From: Deltaproteobacteria bacterium
GTDB lineage: Bacteria > UBA10199 > GCA-002796325 > JACPFF01
Assembly (NCBI GenBank): GCA_016210045.1
Contig: JACQUX010000021.1
Coordinates: 36,125 to 100,124, forward strand
DNA length: 64,000 nt
Direction: 5' to 3'
Positions 37,054 through 52,600 of this stretch are shown in pieces. The notes under the pieces were generated by a model that saw nothing but the letters and a program-made list of their open reading frames with translations, ran no database searches and was not told where the DNA came from. Positions within the stretch are counted from its first letter, which is position 1. Every line of letters begins with the position of its first letter. A program made the translations under genes and the position numbers.

Positions 37054-37956
37054 ATGCACACATTTCTCCAACAACTGATTAACGGCCTGGCGTGGGGGAG
37101 CATTTATGCGCTGATCGCGCTCGGCTATACGATGGTCTACGGTGTCTTGAAGCTGATCAACTTCGCGCACGGCGATGTCTATATGATCGGCGCGATGACC
37201 GGCTACTACCTCGGCCGCGCCCTCGGGATCACGGAATCCGGCACCTTCTTCCAATTTTTATTAGTGCTCGGCGGCTCGATGTTCGTCTGCGGCGTGCTCG
37301 GTTTTTTGATCGAGCGCCTCGCATACCGACCGCTGCGCAATGCCCCACGACTCGCGGCACTCATTACGGCCATCGGCGTCTCGCTCTTTCTGGAATATGC
37401 GGGGCAATGGCTGTTCGGTCCCGATCCGAAACTCTTTCCGCCGCTGCTCACCGCACGGCCGGTATTCGCCGTCGGCGGCATCGTCCTCAACACGATCCAA
37501 GTCACGATTTTCGCCGTCTCGCTGACGATCGCGCTCGGTTTACGCTGGATTGTCATGCGCACGCGCATTGGCACCGCGATGCGCGCCGTCTCGTTCTCCC
37601 ACACCGCGGCCCATTTAATGGGGATCAACGTGAATCGCGTGATCTCGTTCACGTTCATACTCGGCTCCGTGCTCGCAGCCGCGGCGGGTATTTTGGTCGG
37701 GATTTCGAATCCGAAAGTGGAACCGCTGATGGGCATTTTGCCGGGGTTGAAGGCCTTCGTCGCGGCGGTGTTGGGCGGGATCGGCAACATCCCCGGCGCA
37801 TTACTGGGCGGCCTGCTGATCGGCGTCTCGGAATCGATGGTCGTCGGCTATTTATCCTCGACGTATCGCGACGCGCTCGCGTTCATTATCTTGATCGTGA
37901 TTCTGCTGTGCCGTCCGCAAGGACTGCTCGGCGAGCGCGTGGTGGAGAAGGTGTGA
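37054..37956 (+). CDS. livH: Branched-chain amino acid ABC permease
   Basis: NGLAWGSIYALIALGYTMVYGVLKLINFAHGD, GLKAFVAAVLGGIG. Confidence 0.95.
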   Translation: MHTFLQQLINGLAWGSIYALIALGYTMVYGVLKLINFAHGDVYMIGAMTGYYLGRALGITESGTFFQFLLVLGGSMFVCGVLGFLIERLAYRPLRNAPRLAALITAIGVSLFLEYAGQWLFGPDPKLFPPLLTARPVFAVGGIVLNTIQVTIFAVSLTIALGLRWIVMRTRIGTAMRAVSFSHTAAHLMGINVNRVISFTFILGSVLAAAAGILVGISNPKVEPLMGILPGLKAFVAAVLGGIGNIPGALLGGLLIGVSESMVVGYLSSTYRDALAFIILIVILLCRPQGLLGERVVEKV

Positions 37957-37960
37957 ACAC

Positions 37961-38953
37961 ATGGCGCGCATCGGCAAACTCATCGTATTGCTCGTCGGCC
38001 TCTGGGGATTGAATTGGCTGATCCAGGCATTCGCCGCCGACGTGTACGCGTACGAACTCCAGATCCTCAACTTGGTCGGCATCAATATCATCATGGCGAC
38101 CAGTCTGAATCTCATTAACGGAATCACCGGACAGTTCTCGATCGGACACGCCGGTTTCATGGCGATCGGCGCGTACGTCAGCGCCGCGATGACGACATTC
38201 GGCGACCCGTGGATCGCCACGCATGGCGCATTCCTTCCCGCGAGTGTCCGCGAAACCGGGTGGTTTCTCTGCGCCTTGGCGACCGGCGGCGGCGTCGCGG
38301 CCGCGGTCGGCTGGTGCGTCGGCCTCCCGTCGTTGCGGCTGCGCGGCGATTACTTGGCGATCGCGACACTCGGGTTCGGCGAAATCATTCGCGTCGTCAT
38401 TCTCAATCTGGACGTCGTCGGCGGGGCGCGCGGCTTTCCCGGCATTGCCGAACGCGCGAACTTTTTCTGGATTTACCTGTTCGTCTGCCTCACGGTCTGG
38501 ATCCTCTGGCACTTAGTGCGAACGCCGAAGGGACAAGGTTTCTACGCCGTGCGCGAAGATGAAATCGCCGCCATGGCAATCGGGATTTCGACCACGCGCT
38601 ATAAAGTCACGGCCTTCGTCATCGGCGCCTTCTTCGCCGGACTCGGCGGCGGACTGTTCGCCCACTATCTGACCTATCTCCACACCAACAGCTTCACCTT
38701 CATTCGTTCGTTCGAATTCGTCGCAATGGTCGTGCTCGGCGGTTTAGGCAGTTTCACCGGCTCCATCCTCGCCGCGATCCTCCTCACCGCGCTGCCAGAA
38801 TTGCTCCGCACCGTCAGCGAATACCGGATGATCCTGTATTCGCTGTTACTCATCATCTTCATGTTAGTCCGCCGCGAGGGGCTGCTGGGGCGACGGGAAT
38901 TTTCGTGGCAATGGATCCGTGCATTAGTACACCACCAACGGAGCCCGCGCTGA
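37961..38953 (+). CDS. livM: Branched-chain amino acid ABC permease
   Basis: SLNLINGITGQFSIGHAGF, LRLRGDYLAIATLGFGEI. Confidence 0.95.
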   Translation: MARIGKLIVLLVGLWGLNWLIQAFAADVYAYELQILNLVGINIIMATSLNLINGITGQFSIGHAGFMAIGAYVSAAMTTFGDPWIATHGAFLPASVRETGWFLCALATGGGVAAAVGWCVGLPSLRLRGDYLAIATLGFGEIIRVVILNLDVVGGARGFPGIAERANFFWIYLFVCLTVWILWHLVRTPKGQGFYAVREDEIAAMAIGISTTRYKVTAFVIGAFFAGLGGGLFAHYLTYLHTNSFTFIRSFEFVAMVVLGGLGSFTGSILAAILLTALPELLRTVSEYRMILYSLLLIIFMLVRREGLLGRREFSWQWIRALVHHQRSPR

Positions 38954-39726
38954 TGCCCGCACTTCTCGACATCGCCCATTGCACGATGCGCTTCGGAGGC
39001 CTCACTGCGCTCGCCGATTTCAACGTGCAACTCGCTGCCGGCGCACTCATCGGCATCATCGGGCCAAACGGCGCCGGCAAGACCACGCTGTTCAATATCC
39101 TCACCGGCGTCTATCCGCCGACCGAAGGCACTATCACGTTTCAACAACAGGCCATCGCGGGACTCGCGCCACATCAAATCAACCGCCTCGGGATCGCGCG
39201 GACCTTTCAAAATATTCGGCTGTTCGGTGACTTGACCGTCTTGGAAAATATTACCGTCGCGATGCATCGCCGGATGCACAGCAACCTGTGGGGCGTGGCC
39301 CGCAGCAGCCGCCGCGCGCGCGCCGAGACGGAGACGATCGTCGCCGAGGCCACGACGCTGCTCGATCGCTTCGGCCTCGCCGCGCAAGCACCGCATCAAG
39401 CGCGCTCCCTCCCGTACGGCGACCAACGCCGTTTGGAAATCGCGCGCGCGCTTGCCACCCAACCGCAGCTGCTGCTGCTCGACGAGCCCGCAGCCGGGAT
39501 GAATCCGACCGAAAAAAACGAATTGATCGGCCTGATTCGCTCGCTGCACGCCGACGGTTTGGGCATCATTCTGGTGGAGCACGACATGCACGTCGTGATG
39601 ACCCTCTGTCCGCAATTGATCGTCCTCGATTACGGCGTCACGATCGCCCACGGCACGCCGACGGAGATCCGCCAAAATCCCAAAGTGATCGAGGCCTATT
39701 TAGGAGAGCCGTATCATGAGGTATAA
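38953..39726 (+). CDS. livG: Branched-chain amino acid ABC ATPase
   Basis: GPNGAGKTT, ARTFQNIRLF, LPYGDQRRLEIARALA, LLDEPAAGMNP; ATG overlaps the livM stop. Confidence 0.95.
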   Translation: MPALLDIAHCTMRFGGLTALADFNVQLAAGALIGIIGPNGAGKTTLFNILTGVYPPTEGTITFQQQAIAGLAPHQINRLGIARTFQNIRLFGDLTVLENITVAMHRRMHSNLWGVARSSRRARAETETIVAEATTLLDRFGLAAQAPHQARSLPYGDQRRLEIARALATQPQLLLLDEPAAGMNPTEKNELIGLIRSLHADGLGIILVEHDMHVVMTLCPQLIVLDYGVTIAHGTPTEIRQNPKVIEAYLGEPYHEV

Positions 39727-39732
39727 GCGGCT

Positions 39733-40449
<717 letters not shown>

Positions 40450-40676
40450 ACCAACCATCCTTACATGACGCTCGCTGGCTAATTTAAACTTGCCGCAGGA
40501 TCACCCACTCTGCGCGTTTTGCAGAGAAAAACACCCGCGCATTCCATTGTAGGACTCCTCCTACAGACTGCACGCATTCGATAAAGCACGGTTTTTTCGA
40601 CACTCCCCATGGCACTCGACTTGCTCAACATCCAGGCTGGAGTGGTGTGGACCCTTACATGGGGCTGGGGGGGACT

Positions 40677-43600
40677 GTGACAACACGAACGATTAGGAAT
40701 CACAGCAACGATCGGGGACAAACGCCCTACTCTGCTTTCATAGGAGCCGCCCTCACCCTGCTCCTGTCAGCCTGCGGACCGATCACATTGAACACCACCA
40801 GTACCACAACCGAAACCACCGCCACTACATCCGGCGACCTCACGATCAGTGGAGCCTTTGAAATCCCCCGCACCGCCAATCCGGCGTTGCACCGCAAGCA
40901 GGTAACGACGCGCCCGCGCTGGGTCAAGAGCACCGACGAAACGTCCGCGACGGGCGTCTGCGCGCTGCTCGATGCGCAATTCAGGAGCATCGCGTCGGTC
41001 GCGACCGACAGCGACGGCCGCTATCGCTTCTCTATCAACACGACTGACATCATCGATGGGCACAACGAGCAAAGCGGTGGCCGGCTGACGGCGCATGTCC
41101 GCTGTACGACCGGCGCGACGACAACGCAACATCCGATCATCGCCATGGTCTCGGTCTCCGACACGTCCACGGCCGTCACCACGGCCATCGCGGCCGGGGC
41201 CTCGCCGCTGGAAGATTTGCGCACGAACACCGGTTCCACCACGACGAGTTTACTCCTCTACCAGGGGAGTCAGACGGAGAGCGGCGCCCACTTCAACCCC
41301 CTCACGGCGGATGCCACCACCGCCCCGGCACCGCTCGCGGGGATCGGCTCCGTGCTGAAATTAGCGGCCAATGCCATCACCGTGACCGACGCGAGCCAAA
41401 CGAATGGTGCCAGTGCCGCAATGGCTCGGAAGGCCGTCGATGCGAACGCGGAGACCAGCCTCGCGGCCAACACCGCGGATGAGAGCGTGAACTTCCTGCA
41501 AACGGTCGTGGCTGCCTTGAACACCGGCGAGACGTTGACCGATGGCACGTCGCCGTTTGATGTCCTCGCGCGTCTCACCGACCCGGACGCCGTCGACGAG
41601 TCGTTGTTGGCGACGATCGTGTCCACGCTGCGCGACCGCCAGATTGCGACCACGGCCGCACAAATCCGGTCCGCCTCGACCCTCCTGCAAGACGTCCGGC
41701 AGACATTGACCGTGTTGTCCGAGAGTCCGCAGATCCTCACTGCGCTCGATGACGACCCCGATGCGGCCGCGTTGGCGGTTGGCGGCATCCTGAAAGGGAG
41801 CACGGGGACCATGATGCGGCAGCTGACGGCCAATGACACACTCATCAATGTCATCATGACGATGGCGTCCCAGGTCCAGACCCCGGCGAAGGGGGGCGGC
41901 AACAGCATGACGGCACTCCTCAACGGTTTCGGCGATTTGATTCAGCCGGAGACGGTCGTCGCCGCGGCGGCGAATTCGGACGTGGCACAAAGCATCAACG
42001 CCATCGTGATGAGGACATTAAATAACGCCGCGGGGATCGACACGCGCGTCACCAAGTCGCTCGGCGAGGGACTACAGGCCAAGGCGACCGACGCCGCATT
42101 CTGGGAGACCTTTACCGCGGGCGAATTCGTGGACGCGACGAAGATCGACAACTTCGTGGATTTCTTCGACGTCTCCGCCCAGCAGAATCTGTTCGACACG
42201 GATACCAGCGACGGCCAAATGATCGACTGGAACGCCCTCCTCAGTACCGTCGATTATTCAGTCGACTATGCGGCGCTCGACGCCGGCGATTTTTCGGGAC
42301 TGACCGACGACTGGTTCACGAGCGCCACGGTTGAGTACGATCTGGCCTCCTGCACGTTCAGCGGCGGCGACTGGTGCGGCGGCAGCCCTGGTTGGCAATG
42401 GCAATGCGGTTGTGACGACTACTGCACGACACGGGGCGATTGCTGCAGCGACAAGGTCGCGACCTGCGGCGAAAACACCTACGTCCACTGGCTCATCCAA
42501 TGGGGATACGATCCGGCCGATGCCAACGGCATCGCGATGGGGACGACGCAGGATAGCGATGGTGATTTGGTCGTCGATAGCAACGACAACTGTCTCTACG
42601 ACTACAATCCGGACCAGGCCGATGACGACAGCAACGGGATCGGCAATATCTGCCAAGACTCGGACCACGACGGGGTACGGGACCTGGCGGACAATTGCCC
42701 CGCGCTCGCAAACGGCGGACAATACGACTCCGACTACGACGGCATCGGCAACGCGTGCGACGACGACGCGGCACTCGCGGATACCGACAGCGACGGCGTC
42801 GCCGACGACACCGACAACTGCCCGAATGCGGAGAACGCGGACCAGGCCGACTTCGACGGCGACGGCAGCGGCGACACTTGCGACCCCGACGCGGACGGCG
42901 ACTTAGCCTATGACACGTACGACAACTGCCCGACGTTGGCCAACGAACAAACCGATACCGACTGGGACGGATTGGGCAATGCCTGTGACGAGGATGACGA
43001 CGGCGACGAGTTGCATGATCAGTATGACAACTGCCCGATCGTCGACAATGCCGACCAGGCCGACCTTGACGGCGACGGGGACGGCGATGCGTGTGAGAAC
43101 GATAGCGATGGCGACGGCGTCGAGGACGTAGCCGACAACTGCGTCGACACCGTGAACGCGGATCAGGCCGATATCGACTGGGATGGCGCGGGCGATGGCT
43201 GCGACGCCGACATCGACAACGATAGCGTACCAAACGACGAGGACAATTGCCGAGACACCTCCAACATCGGCGAATCCAGCTGGGTGATGGATGGGGACGG
43301 CAATTGGCAATTGGTCAGCGATCCCCAAACCGATACCGATACGGACGGGATCGGGGATGCGTGCGATGACGACACGGATGGCGATGCCGTTCCCAATACA
43401 CTCGACAATTGTCCGCTCCTGGAAAACACCGAACAAGCCGACCGCGACGCAGACGGCGAGGGCGATCTCTGCGACGATGCCGACTCCGACAACCTGGCCG
43501 ACAACATCGACAATTGCCCTGAGAGCTGGAACAGCGACCAGACCGATACGGATAGCGACGGCGACGGCGACGCCTGCGATGACGACGACGACGCCGATGG

Positions 43601-46600
43601 GGTAGCTGACGAAGGCGACAACTGCGCGCTCATCGGCAACGAGGATCAGACCGACACCGACAGCGATGGCCAAGGAGACGATTGCGACAGCGATGTGGAC
43701 GGCGACGGCTATGCGAATGCGGCGGACAACTGTCCTGCCGCATACAATGATCAAAGCAATACGAACGTCTTTGAAGACACGAGATTCTACGACACGGACT
43801 CCGCTCCCCAAACGGCCGTACGCGCGGATTTCAACGAGGACGGCGCAGTAGATTTGGCCGTCGGCAACTTTGACGCCGCGAGCCTCTCGCTCTTCTGGGG
43901 ATGGTTCTCCTGGCAAATGACTCCTGCGGATGCGATCCCGCTCTCGGATGCACCGACGGATCTCTTCGCGCAGGACCTCAACAACGACGCACATGTCGAC
44001 CTGTTGATCATCTATGGCGCGGCGGGATCGAACCGCATGGAGTTTCGCCCCGGCAACGGCGATGGCTCATTCGGGGCGGAGACGGTGTACACGTCGGATC
44101 AGGTCCATCAATTCATGACCCCGAATTTGGCGGACCTGGATGGCGATGGGGATGCCGACCTCGTCGTGATGGACCTGGAAACGAACGACCTGCTGATCAT
44201 GCCCAACGATGGCGACGGGGCGTTCGATACCAGCAACGCCGTCCGCTATCCGTTAGACGCCGCACCGGCCGTGCTGACGGCAGATGTCGACGCGGACGGC
44301 CTGACGGACGTCGTCGCGAATTACAATGACCACATCGGGGTGTTGCGGAATCTCGGCGATGGCACTCTCGACAGCGTTGTCGCGTCCGGCAGCTTCAGCG
44401 GCTTAACGGAGTTGATCGCCGCCGATTTTAACCCGGACGGGGCAATCGACTTGATCGGCATGGACAATGGAAGCGTCGTGCTGCTCCGCAATGACGGCAC
44501 GGGCACCTTCGGCGAGGCCGAAGTCCTCGTGACGCCGACGTATCTCAGCAGCTTTGCCGTTGGCGACATCAATAGTGACAGCGCACTCGATCTTGTAACG
44601 GGATATCTCTGGACCGCGACCATCACCGTGGCCCTGGGGAATGGCGATGGCACGGTGACGGGCGTGGGGTTCATTGAGAACGGCGATAATTTACACCCCT
44701 ATCGCCTCCAACTTGCCGACTTCGATAGTGACGACGAGACGGATCTGCTCGCCATCAATCGCGAAAACAGTTCGATCACGATCGCACGAAATTTCGGCGA
44801 TGCCATCGGCGATGCCTGCGACGACTCCGATGAAGACGGTCTGATGGATGATGTCGACAATTGCCGCACCGTCACGAATGTCGATCAACTCAACTACGAC
44901 AGCGATACCGAAGGCAATGCCTGCGACACCGATGATGACGACGATGAGATCATTGATGACTGGGACAACTGCGCCACCGTGGCGAATGCCGAGCAAACCG
45001 ACACCGACAGCGACGGCGCCGGCGACTTGTGCGATTGGCTCAGCCGATCCGAATCGTGGTGGACGATCACTGAGACCTCTCCGAATAGTGGCGCGACGCT
45101 CGCCAATACCCTCGTCGTCTTTACCGCAGCGGAATATATGCCGGACAGCGCGTACGACAGCACCCCGGTCGCCACGTTCACTGGGACCTCCATATTGACC
45201 GGGGAGACGTGGATTGACATTCGTGTCGAATATCCCTCCCTCTGCAGTGCAACGCTCTATCACGACGACGACACGACCTCGGAACTCAGCTGCGGATACT
45301 ATAGTGGCGATACCGAATACTTCAGTCTCTCGGGCAACTTTGCGGAAGACGTCGATTATCTGATCCTCAATCACAATACCGATGCCGACAACGACGGGCT
45401 CTACGCGTGGCAAGACAATTGTCCCTATGCCGTCAACGGTGACCAGGCCGATTACGACAGCGATGCGCTCGGCGACGCGTGCGACGACTATGACAGCGAT
45501 GGGGTCATGGACGATGTCGACAATTGTCGGGAGATCACCAATATCGATCAAGAAGACGACAACGCCAATGACGTTGGGGACTACTGCGAAGATCTGAACG
45601 AGAATGGCACTACGGACGGGAATGAAGACTCGGATGCGGACGGCGTCGATGACTTACATGACGCGCTGCCGGCGGATGACACGGAATATGCAGACACGGA
45701 CAACGACGGTACTGGTGACACGGCCGACACGGACGACGACGACGACACCGTCGCAGACACTGACGACAACTGTGTCTTGGCGGCCAACAGCGATCAGGCA
45801 GATACGAACGGAAATGGCGTGGGCAATGCCTGCGAACCGTCGGCACTGACCGGCCTGATGATCTGGTTGAACCTCGACAGCAACTACTTTTCGAACGACG
45901 GCGATCTGCTCAGCGCAATGGCCGACTACTCGGGCAATTCGCTCCACGCCTGGATGCCGGAGGTGGGCTCACGTCCGACCTTTGCGACCAATGCCATTAA
46001 TGGACATCCAGCCGTGCGCTTCGACGGCATCGACGATTGGCTGCTCATTTATAACACGTCCGCACTCGCAACACCGATTGTCGATATGTTCGTCGTGATG
46101 GCCGCGACAGGCGACGCCACAAATGACCCGGTGCTGTACGTCCCCGACGACGAGACCGATTACGATACTTGGAGTTTCGGCCACGTCTCCGATGGCGTGG
46201 TCTGGGCGAATGCCAACACACGCGAAGAAAGTGCATGGACCAGTGCCGCGGCGGCAGAGCCCGCACTGTACAACTTTGAAACGGCCACGCACAATGTGCG
46301 GCATAACGGCGTTCAAATCCTCGATGCGACCGGCGGAACCGTGCTCACCTCCGCGTCGCCCCCGTTGATCATTGGTACCGACTTCGAAAACTACTTACAG
46401 GGCGACATCGCCGAAGTGATGCTCTTCAATCGCACGTTGAGCACAAGCGAGCGCCGCTCGTTAGAATGCTACCTCAGCGAGAAATACGAACTCGGCATCA
46501 GTTTCTGCAACGACGATGAGGATGACGTCTGGAACGCCGTGGACAATTGCCCGCGCACGACCAATGCCGGTCAGGACGACATGGACAGCGACGGCCTCGG

Positions 46601-49600
46601 CGACGATTGCGACAGCGATATGGACGGCGATTGGACCGAGGATGTCAGCGACAATTGTCCGGGACTCGCGAATCCGACACAGGCCGACGGCGACTGCGAC
46701 GGCCTCGGCGATGACTGCGATCCAGAGAGCCTCACCGTGACCACGGCCGATACGCACGGCATGGTCTCTGCCGACTCGGGCAATATTACGGCCTGCCGGA
46801 ATGGCGATGCCAGTACGTGCGACGATACATTCGTGTACGGAAGCAGTGTCTCGCTCACGGCCACGCCCGACGCCGGTTACGTGTTTGCCGGTTGGACCGG
46901 CGATTGTTCAGGCTTCTCGACATGCGATCTCACGATGGACGGCACTAAAGCGGTCAGCGCATCGTTCGTCGATCCCAGCAACTTGGTGCTCTTCGCGTCA
47001 CGTCGCAACTTGAACGGCGATCCGTCAAGCGCGTCGGGATATTATAATATCTGGGCCGCGTCGTCGGATGGCAGCGTGATGACGACGATCACGAATCTCA
47101 CGCTGGCGAATGCGCAGTCCCCACAATTTTCTCCGGATGGGACCAAGATTCTCTTTGTGTCCAATCGCAGCATTACGGAGCCCTACCCTGATGAGCCGCT
47201 CGCCGTCTCGAATACCTACAACCTCTGGCTGATGGACCCGGACGGCACCAATGCCGCACCGCTGACGCAGCTGACGGCGGCGGATACCAGTTGCTATCAT
47301 CCGCGCTGGTCGCCGGATGGGACAAAAATCATTTACACGTCGCTGCAGGCCCTGGATGGAACGGATGTCGTCGATCCGAGCGGTATCGAAAATGTGTGGG
47401 TCATCAACAGCGATGGCACGGGTCGTACGCCACTCACAACGAACGCCGCTTCGTATACGGACAATCAGGAACCGGAGTGGTCGCCGGACGGTGCGCAGAT
47501 CGTCTTTTTCTCGCGCCGCGCATTGAATGGCGACGACGCGAATGCCGGCGTCTACAATCTCTGGCTGATGGGGAGTGATGGCACCAATCCCCAGCCGTTA
47601 ACCACGTTGACGGGTGCGAACGCGCATAACTACTACGCGGCCTGGGCGCCCGATGGGACGACGATCTATTACCGATCGCTTGCCGACATCAGCGGCAGCG
47701 ACAATATGGGTGCCTCAGCCAACATCTGGTCGATTGCGGTGGGTGGGACAAACCGCGTTGCGCTGACCACCTTTAATGGCGCCTCGCTGGACATTGATGC
47801 ACGCGCCCCTGCGATCTCTCCGAACGGCACTTACATTGCGTTTGTTACCAATCAACAGATTGCCGATCCAGCCACTGGCGGCGGCAGCCAAAATATCTGG
47901 GTCATGGAGAGCGACGGCAGCAACGCCACGCCATTAACCACGTTGACTGGAACCGGCGAGCCGCACACGGGAAATCCGCAGTGGTCACCCGACGGGTTGC
48001 AGATCGCGTATGAGTCCGATGGCCACTTAGACGGTTCCGATGCGGCGAATGCCGAGTATACGCCGAACATTTGGATCATGAATAACGATGGCACGGGGAA
48101 ATTGCCGCTCAGCAATGCAACCGGCGATTATGTCGCGGGCGCCGATTCACCGCAGTGGAACAGCTACGACGCAAATGATTTGGATCGGGACCACGCTGAC
48201 GACAGCACCGACAATTGCGCCGGTCTGTGGAACTACAACCAACTCGACAGCGACAGCGACGGCAGCGGCAATGCGTGCGAGACCGACGATGATAACGACA
48301 CCATAACCGATGCCAGCGACAATTGCCCGCTGCTCAACAACGCCGATCAGGCCGACTTCGATAGCGACGGCACCGGCGACGCCTGCGACAGCGACGCGGA
48401 CGGCGACAGCGTGGCGGATTCGATCGACAACTGTCTCGGCCTCAATGATGCGGATCAAGGCGACAGCGATGGCGACGGCGAAGGCGACCCCTGCGATGTC
48501 GACGACGACGGCGACTCGATCACCGATGTCGGCGACGTCTGCCCGAACGTGTCCGATGTCGCTCAGGCCGATGCCGACACCGACGGCGTCGGCGACGCGT
48601 GTGATCTGAACGCCAGCGTTGCGCCGGCCTTGTGGTTGCGTGCCGATGCAGGGATCACCAAGGACGGCAGCAACCTGGTCAGCATCTGGAAGGACCAGAG
48701 CGGCAACGACTACAATGCCGCGCCCACCGTCGATCCCGAGCTGTGGGTCGACGCCCAACTGGGTGGCAAACCAGTGATCCGCTTCGACGGCTCGACTGCG
48801 GAAGGCGGCTATCAGTCGACGTTGACCTCCGCGTTGACCAGCCCCTACACCATCATCTCCGTGCATGCGATCAACGCCTATCACAATTATGGCGCCGTCT
48901 ATTATATTGCCGACAGCAGCTTTGGCATCCTGACCGGCACCGACGCGGAAGTCCCATGGACCCGCCTCACGAATAATCCGAGCCAACCGACCCTTGCGAT
49001 TGGCGAGACCGGCTATCACCTCATGACTACGGTGCATTACGATGAAGCGGCCGCCACCTACGCCATCGATACAGTCTCCCTCTCCACCAGCGACTATGGC
49101 GGAGCGAACACCCTCACTGGTCTGTGCATCGGCGGGGCGTGCGGCGGCATGACCATGGATGGCGATATCGCAGAAATCCTCGTTTTCCCCGGTGCGCTCT
49201 CGACCGCGGATCGCGCGGCCGTCGTGTGCAACTTGAGCGACAAGTACAGCTTCGGCACCACCGGCTGCACCGATGACGACGCGGACGGCGTCCGTGAGGC
49301 GGCCGACAACTGTCCGACCGATGCCAATCCGAGCCAGACCGACACCGACGAAGACGGCGAGGGCAACAGCTGTGACACCGACGATGACAACGACGGCACG
49401 CTGGACGATGACGACGCCTTCCCGCTCGATGCGGCGGAGACGCTGGACACCGACGGCGACGCCATCGGCAACAACGCGGATCTGGACGATGATGGCGACG
49501 GCACCGACGACGGCAGCGACAACTGCCCGCTGGTGGCCAACGCGGATCAAGCCGATGCCAATGGCGACAGCACCGGCAACACTTGCGATTTCGATAGCGA

Positions 49601-52600
49601 CTCCGACGGCGACGGGTACATCGACGCCTACGACGCCTTTGCGGATAATGTCCTGGAGCACCTGGATACGGACGGCGATAGCGACGGCGACAACGGGGAC
49701 ACCGACGACGACGGCGACACCGTGGCGGATACCACAGACAATTGTTGGTTTGTCTCGAACCTCGACCAGACGGACACCGATGCCGACGGCCTCGGGGATG
49801 CCTGTGAACTCTCCGCGGTAGGCACCAAGACCCTGTGGCTCCGGGCCAGCGACCTCACGAGCTTGAGTGATGGCGACCCGGTCTCGACCTGGACCGATGC
49901 CTCCGGTGCCGGCAACGACGCCACCCAAACCACCGAAGAGCGCCGCCCGACCTTCCGCACCAATGTCGTCGGCGGCAAACCGGTCATCCGTTTCGATGAA
50001 TTCGATGACGGGCTATCGATCGCCGACAGCGCCACATACAAGACACCGGTCGTACAACTCGTCCTCGTGGCCAAGTCGACGAGTTCAGGCCGCACCCTGA
50101 TCGGCTACCCGCACGATACCACGCACACCGATCCATATTACCGGTGGTCTTTCGGGCATGCCGGTTCGGACGCCATCAATTTGCGGATCGGGTCGAACTT
50201 CGAAGACACCACGGCCAACGCCGGTTGGGCCGATATGGGGCTCTATGCCTACGAGACCGAGACCCGCAATGTCTACCACAACGGCACGCTCTTTTACCAA
50301 GGGACCTCGGGGGAGGCCGTCACCTACCCGAACGCCACCGGCCTCCGGATCGGATACAACGCGGACGGCCTGGAAAACCTCACCGGGGACATCGCGGAGA
50401 TCTTGCTCTTCGATCAGGCCTTGACGGCGCTGGAACGACGGACGGTCACCTGCGCCCTCAGCACCGAATATACACTCGGTCTCCCCGATTGCGATGACGA
50501 CCTCGACCATGTCGCCAACGGCACGGACAATTGCGGCGCGGCCGACAACCCGGATCAAGCCGACTTCGATGGCGACTCGATCGGCGACGCCTGCGACGAT
50601 GATGAAGATGGCGATTCCGTCACGAACGACAACGATAACTGCCTCAGCCTCGTCAACAGCGACCAGGCCAACAGCGACGACGACGCCTCCGGCGACGCGT
50701 GCGACAGCGACGACGACGGCGATAGCGTCGCGGACGGTTCCGACAACTGCCCGCTGCTGGCAAATGCGAGCCAGACGGACACCGACGCCGATACAATCGG
50801 CGATGATTGCGATCTGGATCTGACGCCCGCCCTGTGGCTCCGCGCGGACGGCGGCGTCACAAAAGACGGATCGGGATATGTCAGTCTCTGGAAAGACCAG
50901 ACCAGCCTCAGCAACGACGTGACAGAGGATAGCAGCGATTGGCAACCGCAACGCATCGACGGCGCAGTGAATAGCCTCCCAGCGCTGCGTTTCGACGGGA
51001 TCGATGATCGTCTCGAGACCGCCACCGCCCTGTTCCTGGGGAACGATTCACGCAGCCTGTTCGCGGTCTATAAGCCGACGAACGATTGGCAAGACGGGTC
51101 CATGACGACGGTCGCCGGACAGGGTGGACCGACCGACGCGGATACGCAATTCCTCCTCCAGTCGAATCCGCTGGGTGATCCGTACCTGGCGTGGGGGATG
51201 AGTGGTCTGTCCGGTCCGGAGCGGACTACGGCCTGGAAGATCGGCAGCGCCGACTTCGACAATTCATCGGGCACCGTCCGCCTCTTCAAAGACGGCACCC
51301 TGCTCACCTCCGATACGAAAACGTTCAACACCAACGACACCCCCTTCGTCATCGGCACGAAGTACGCCAGCTGGAGTTATTCGGAATTCTTCGACGGGGA
51401 TATCGCCGAAGTCCTGGTCTTCGGGGGCACACTCACGGATGCCGACCGGAACGCCGTCGAATGTTACTTGAGCGACAAGTATGCCCTCGCCCTCACGGGG
51501 TGTGATGACGGCGATCTGGACGGCCTCCGGGCAGCCTTAGACAACTGCCCGAACGATGCCAATGCGGGTCAGGAAGACGCCGACTCGGACGGCGATGGAG
51601 ATGCCTGCGACACCGACATCGATAACGACGGGGCACTCAACGCCGACGACGCCTTCCCGTACGACGCCGGCGAGACACTCGACACGGACGGCGACGGCGA
51701 CGGCAATAACCTCGACACCGACGATGACGGCGACACGAGCGCCGACGGGAGCGACAATTGTCCGCTCGTGCCGAACCAAGGGCAGGAGGATACGGATACC
51801 GATGGAACCGGCGACGCCTGCGAGACGTACACCCCGGCGCTCCTCGATACGACGTTCGACACCGACGGCATCGCCAGCATCGACGCAACGGATGAAGATC
51901 AAGCCGATAGTCCGACCGATGTCGTCGTCCAATCCGACGGCAAGGTCCTCACCGTCGGATATGGCCCCACGACCGGCGGCAACTACGACTGGCTCCTCAC
52001 CAATTTCAACACCGACGGGAGCCTCAACACGAGTTTCAATACGAGCGGCCTGCTCCGCTTCCCCGTCGGCAGCGGCAACGAGGAGGCACACGGCGTGGCA
52101 CTGCAGTCGGACGGCAAGATCATCGTGGCCGGACACACCATGGCCGACGATTGGGATTACGCCCTCGCCCGCTTCAACGCGGACGGCACGATCGACACGA
52201 TGTTCGGGATCGACGGCATCGCCACCGGTGACTTGGTCGGACCCAGCGACCACGATTACGTCCAAGACGTCGTCGTCGACGCCAGCGACCGGATTGTGAT
52301 CGCCGGCACGACCGGCGGATACTTGACCGTTGCGCGCTTCATGCCGACCGGCGATTTAGACTTCGGCTTCGCCGACGGCGGTGTTTTCCAGGCAACGGCG
52401 TATTCAATGACGGCGCAGGGCATCGCCCTCGATGCCAACAATGAGCAGATCTATCTGGCCGGCATCGAATATTCTAGTGCAGACGAGGCCTGGGAATTTG
52501 CGGTCACTTGCCTCGACTTCAACGGCAACGAGTGCGCCGGCTTCGGCACGAACGGCCATGCATTAGAACAGATCGGGACCTACACCGAGGCCGCAGTCGC

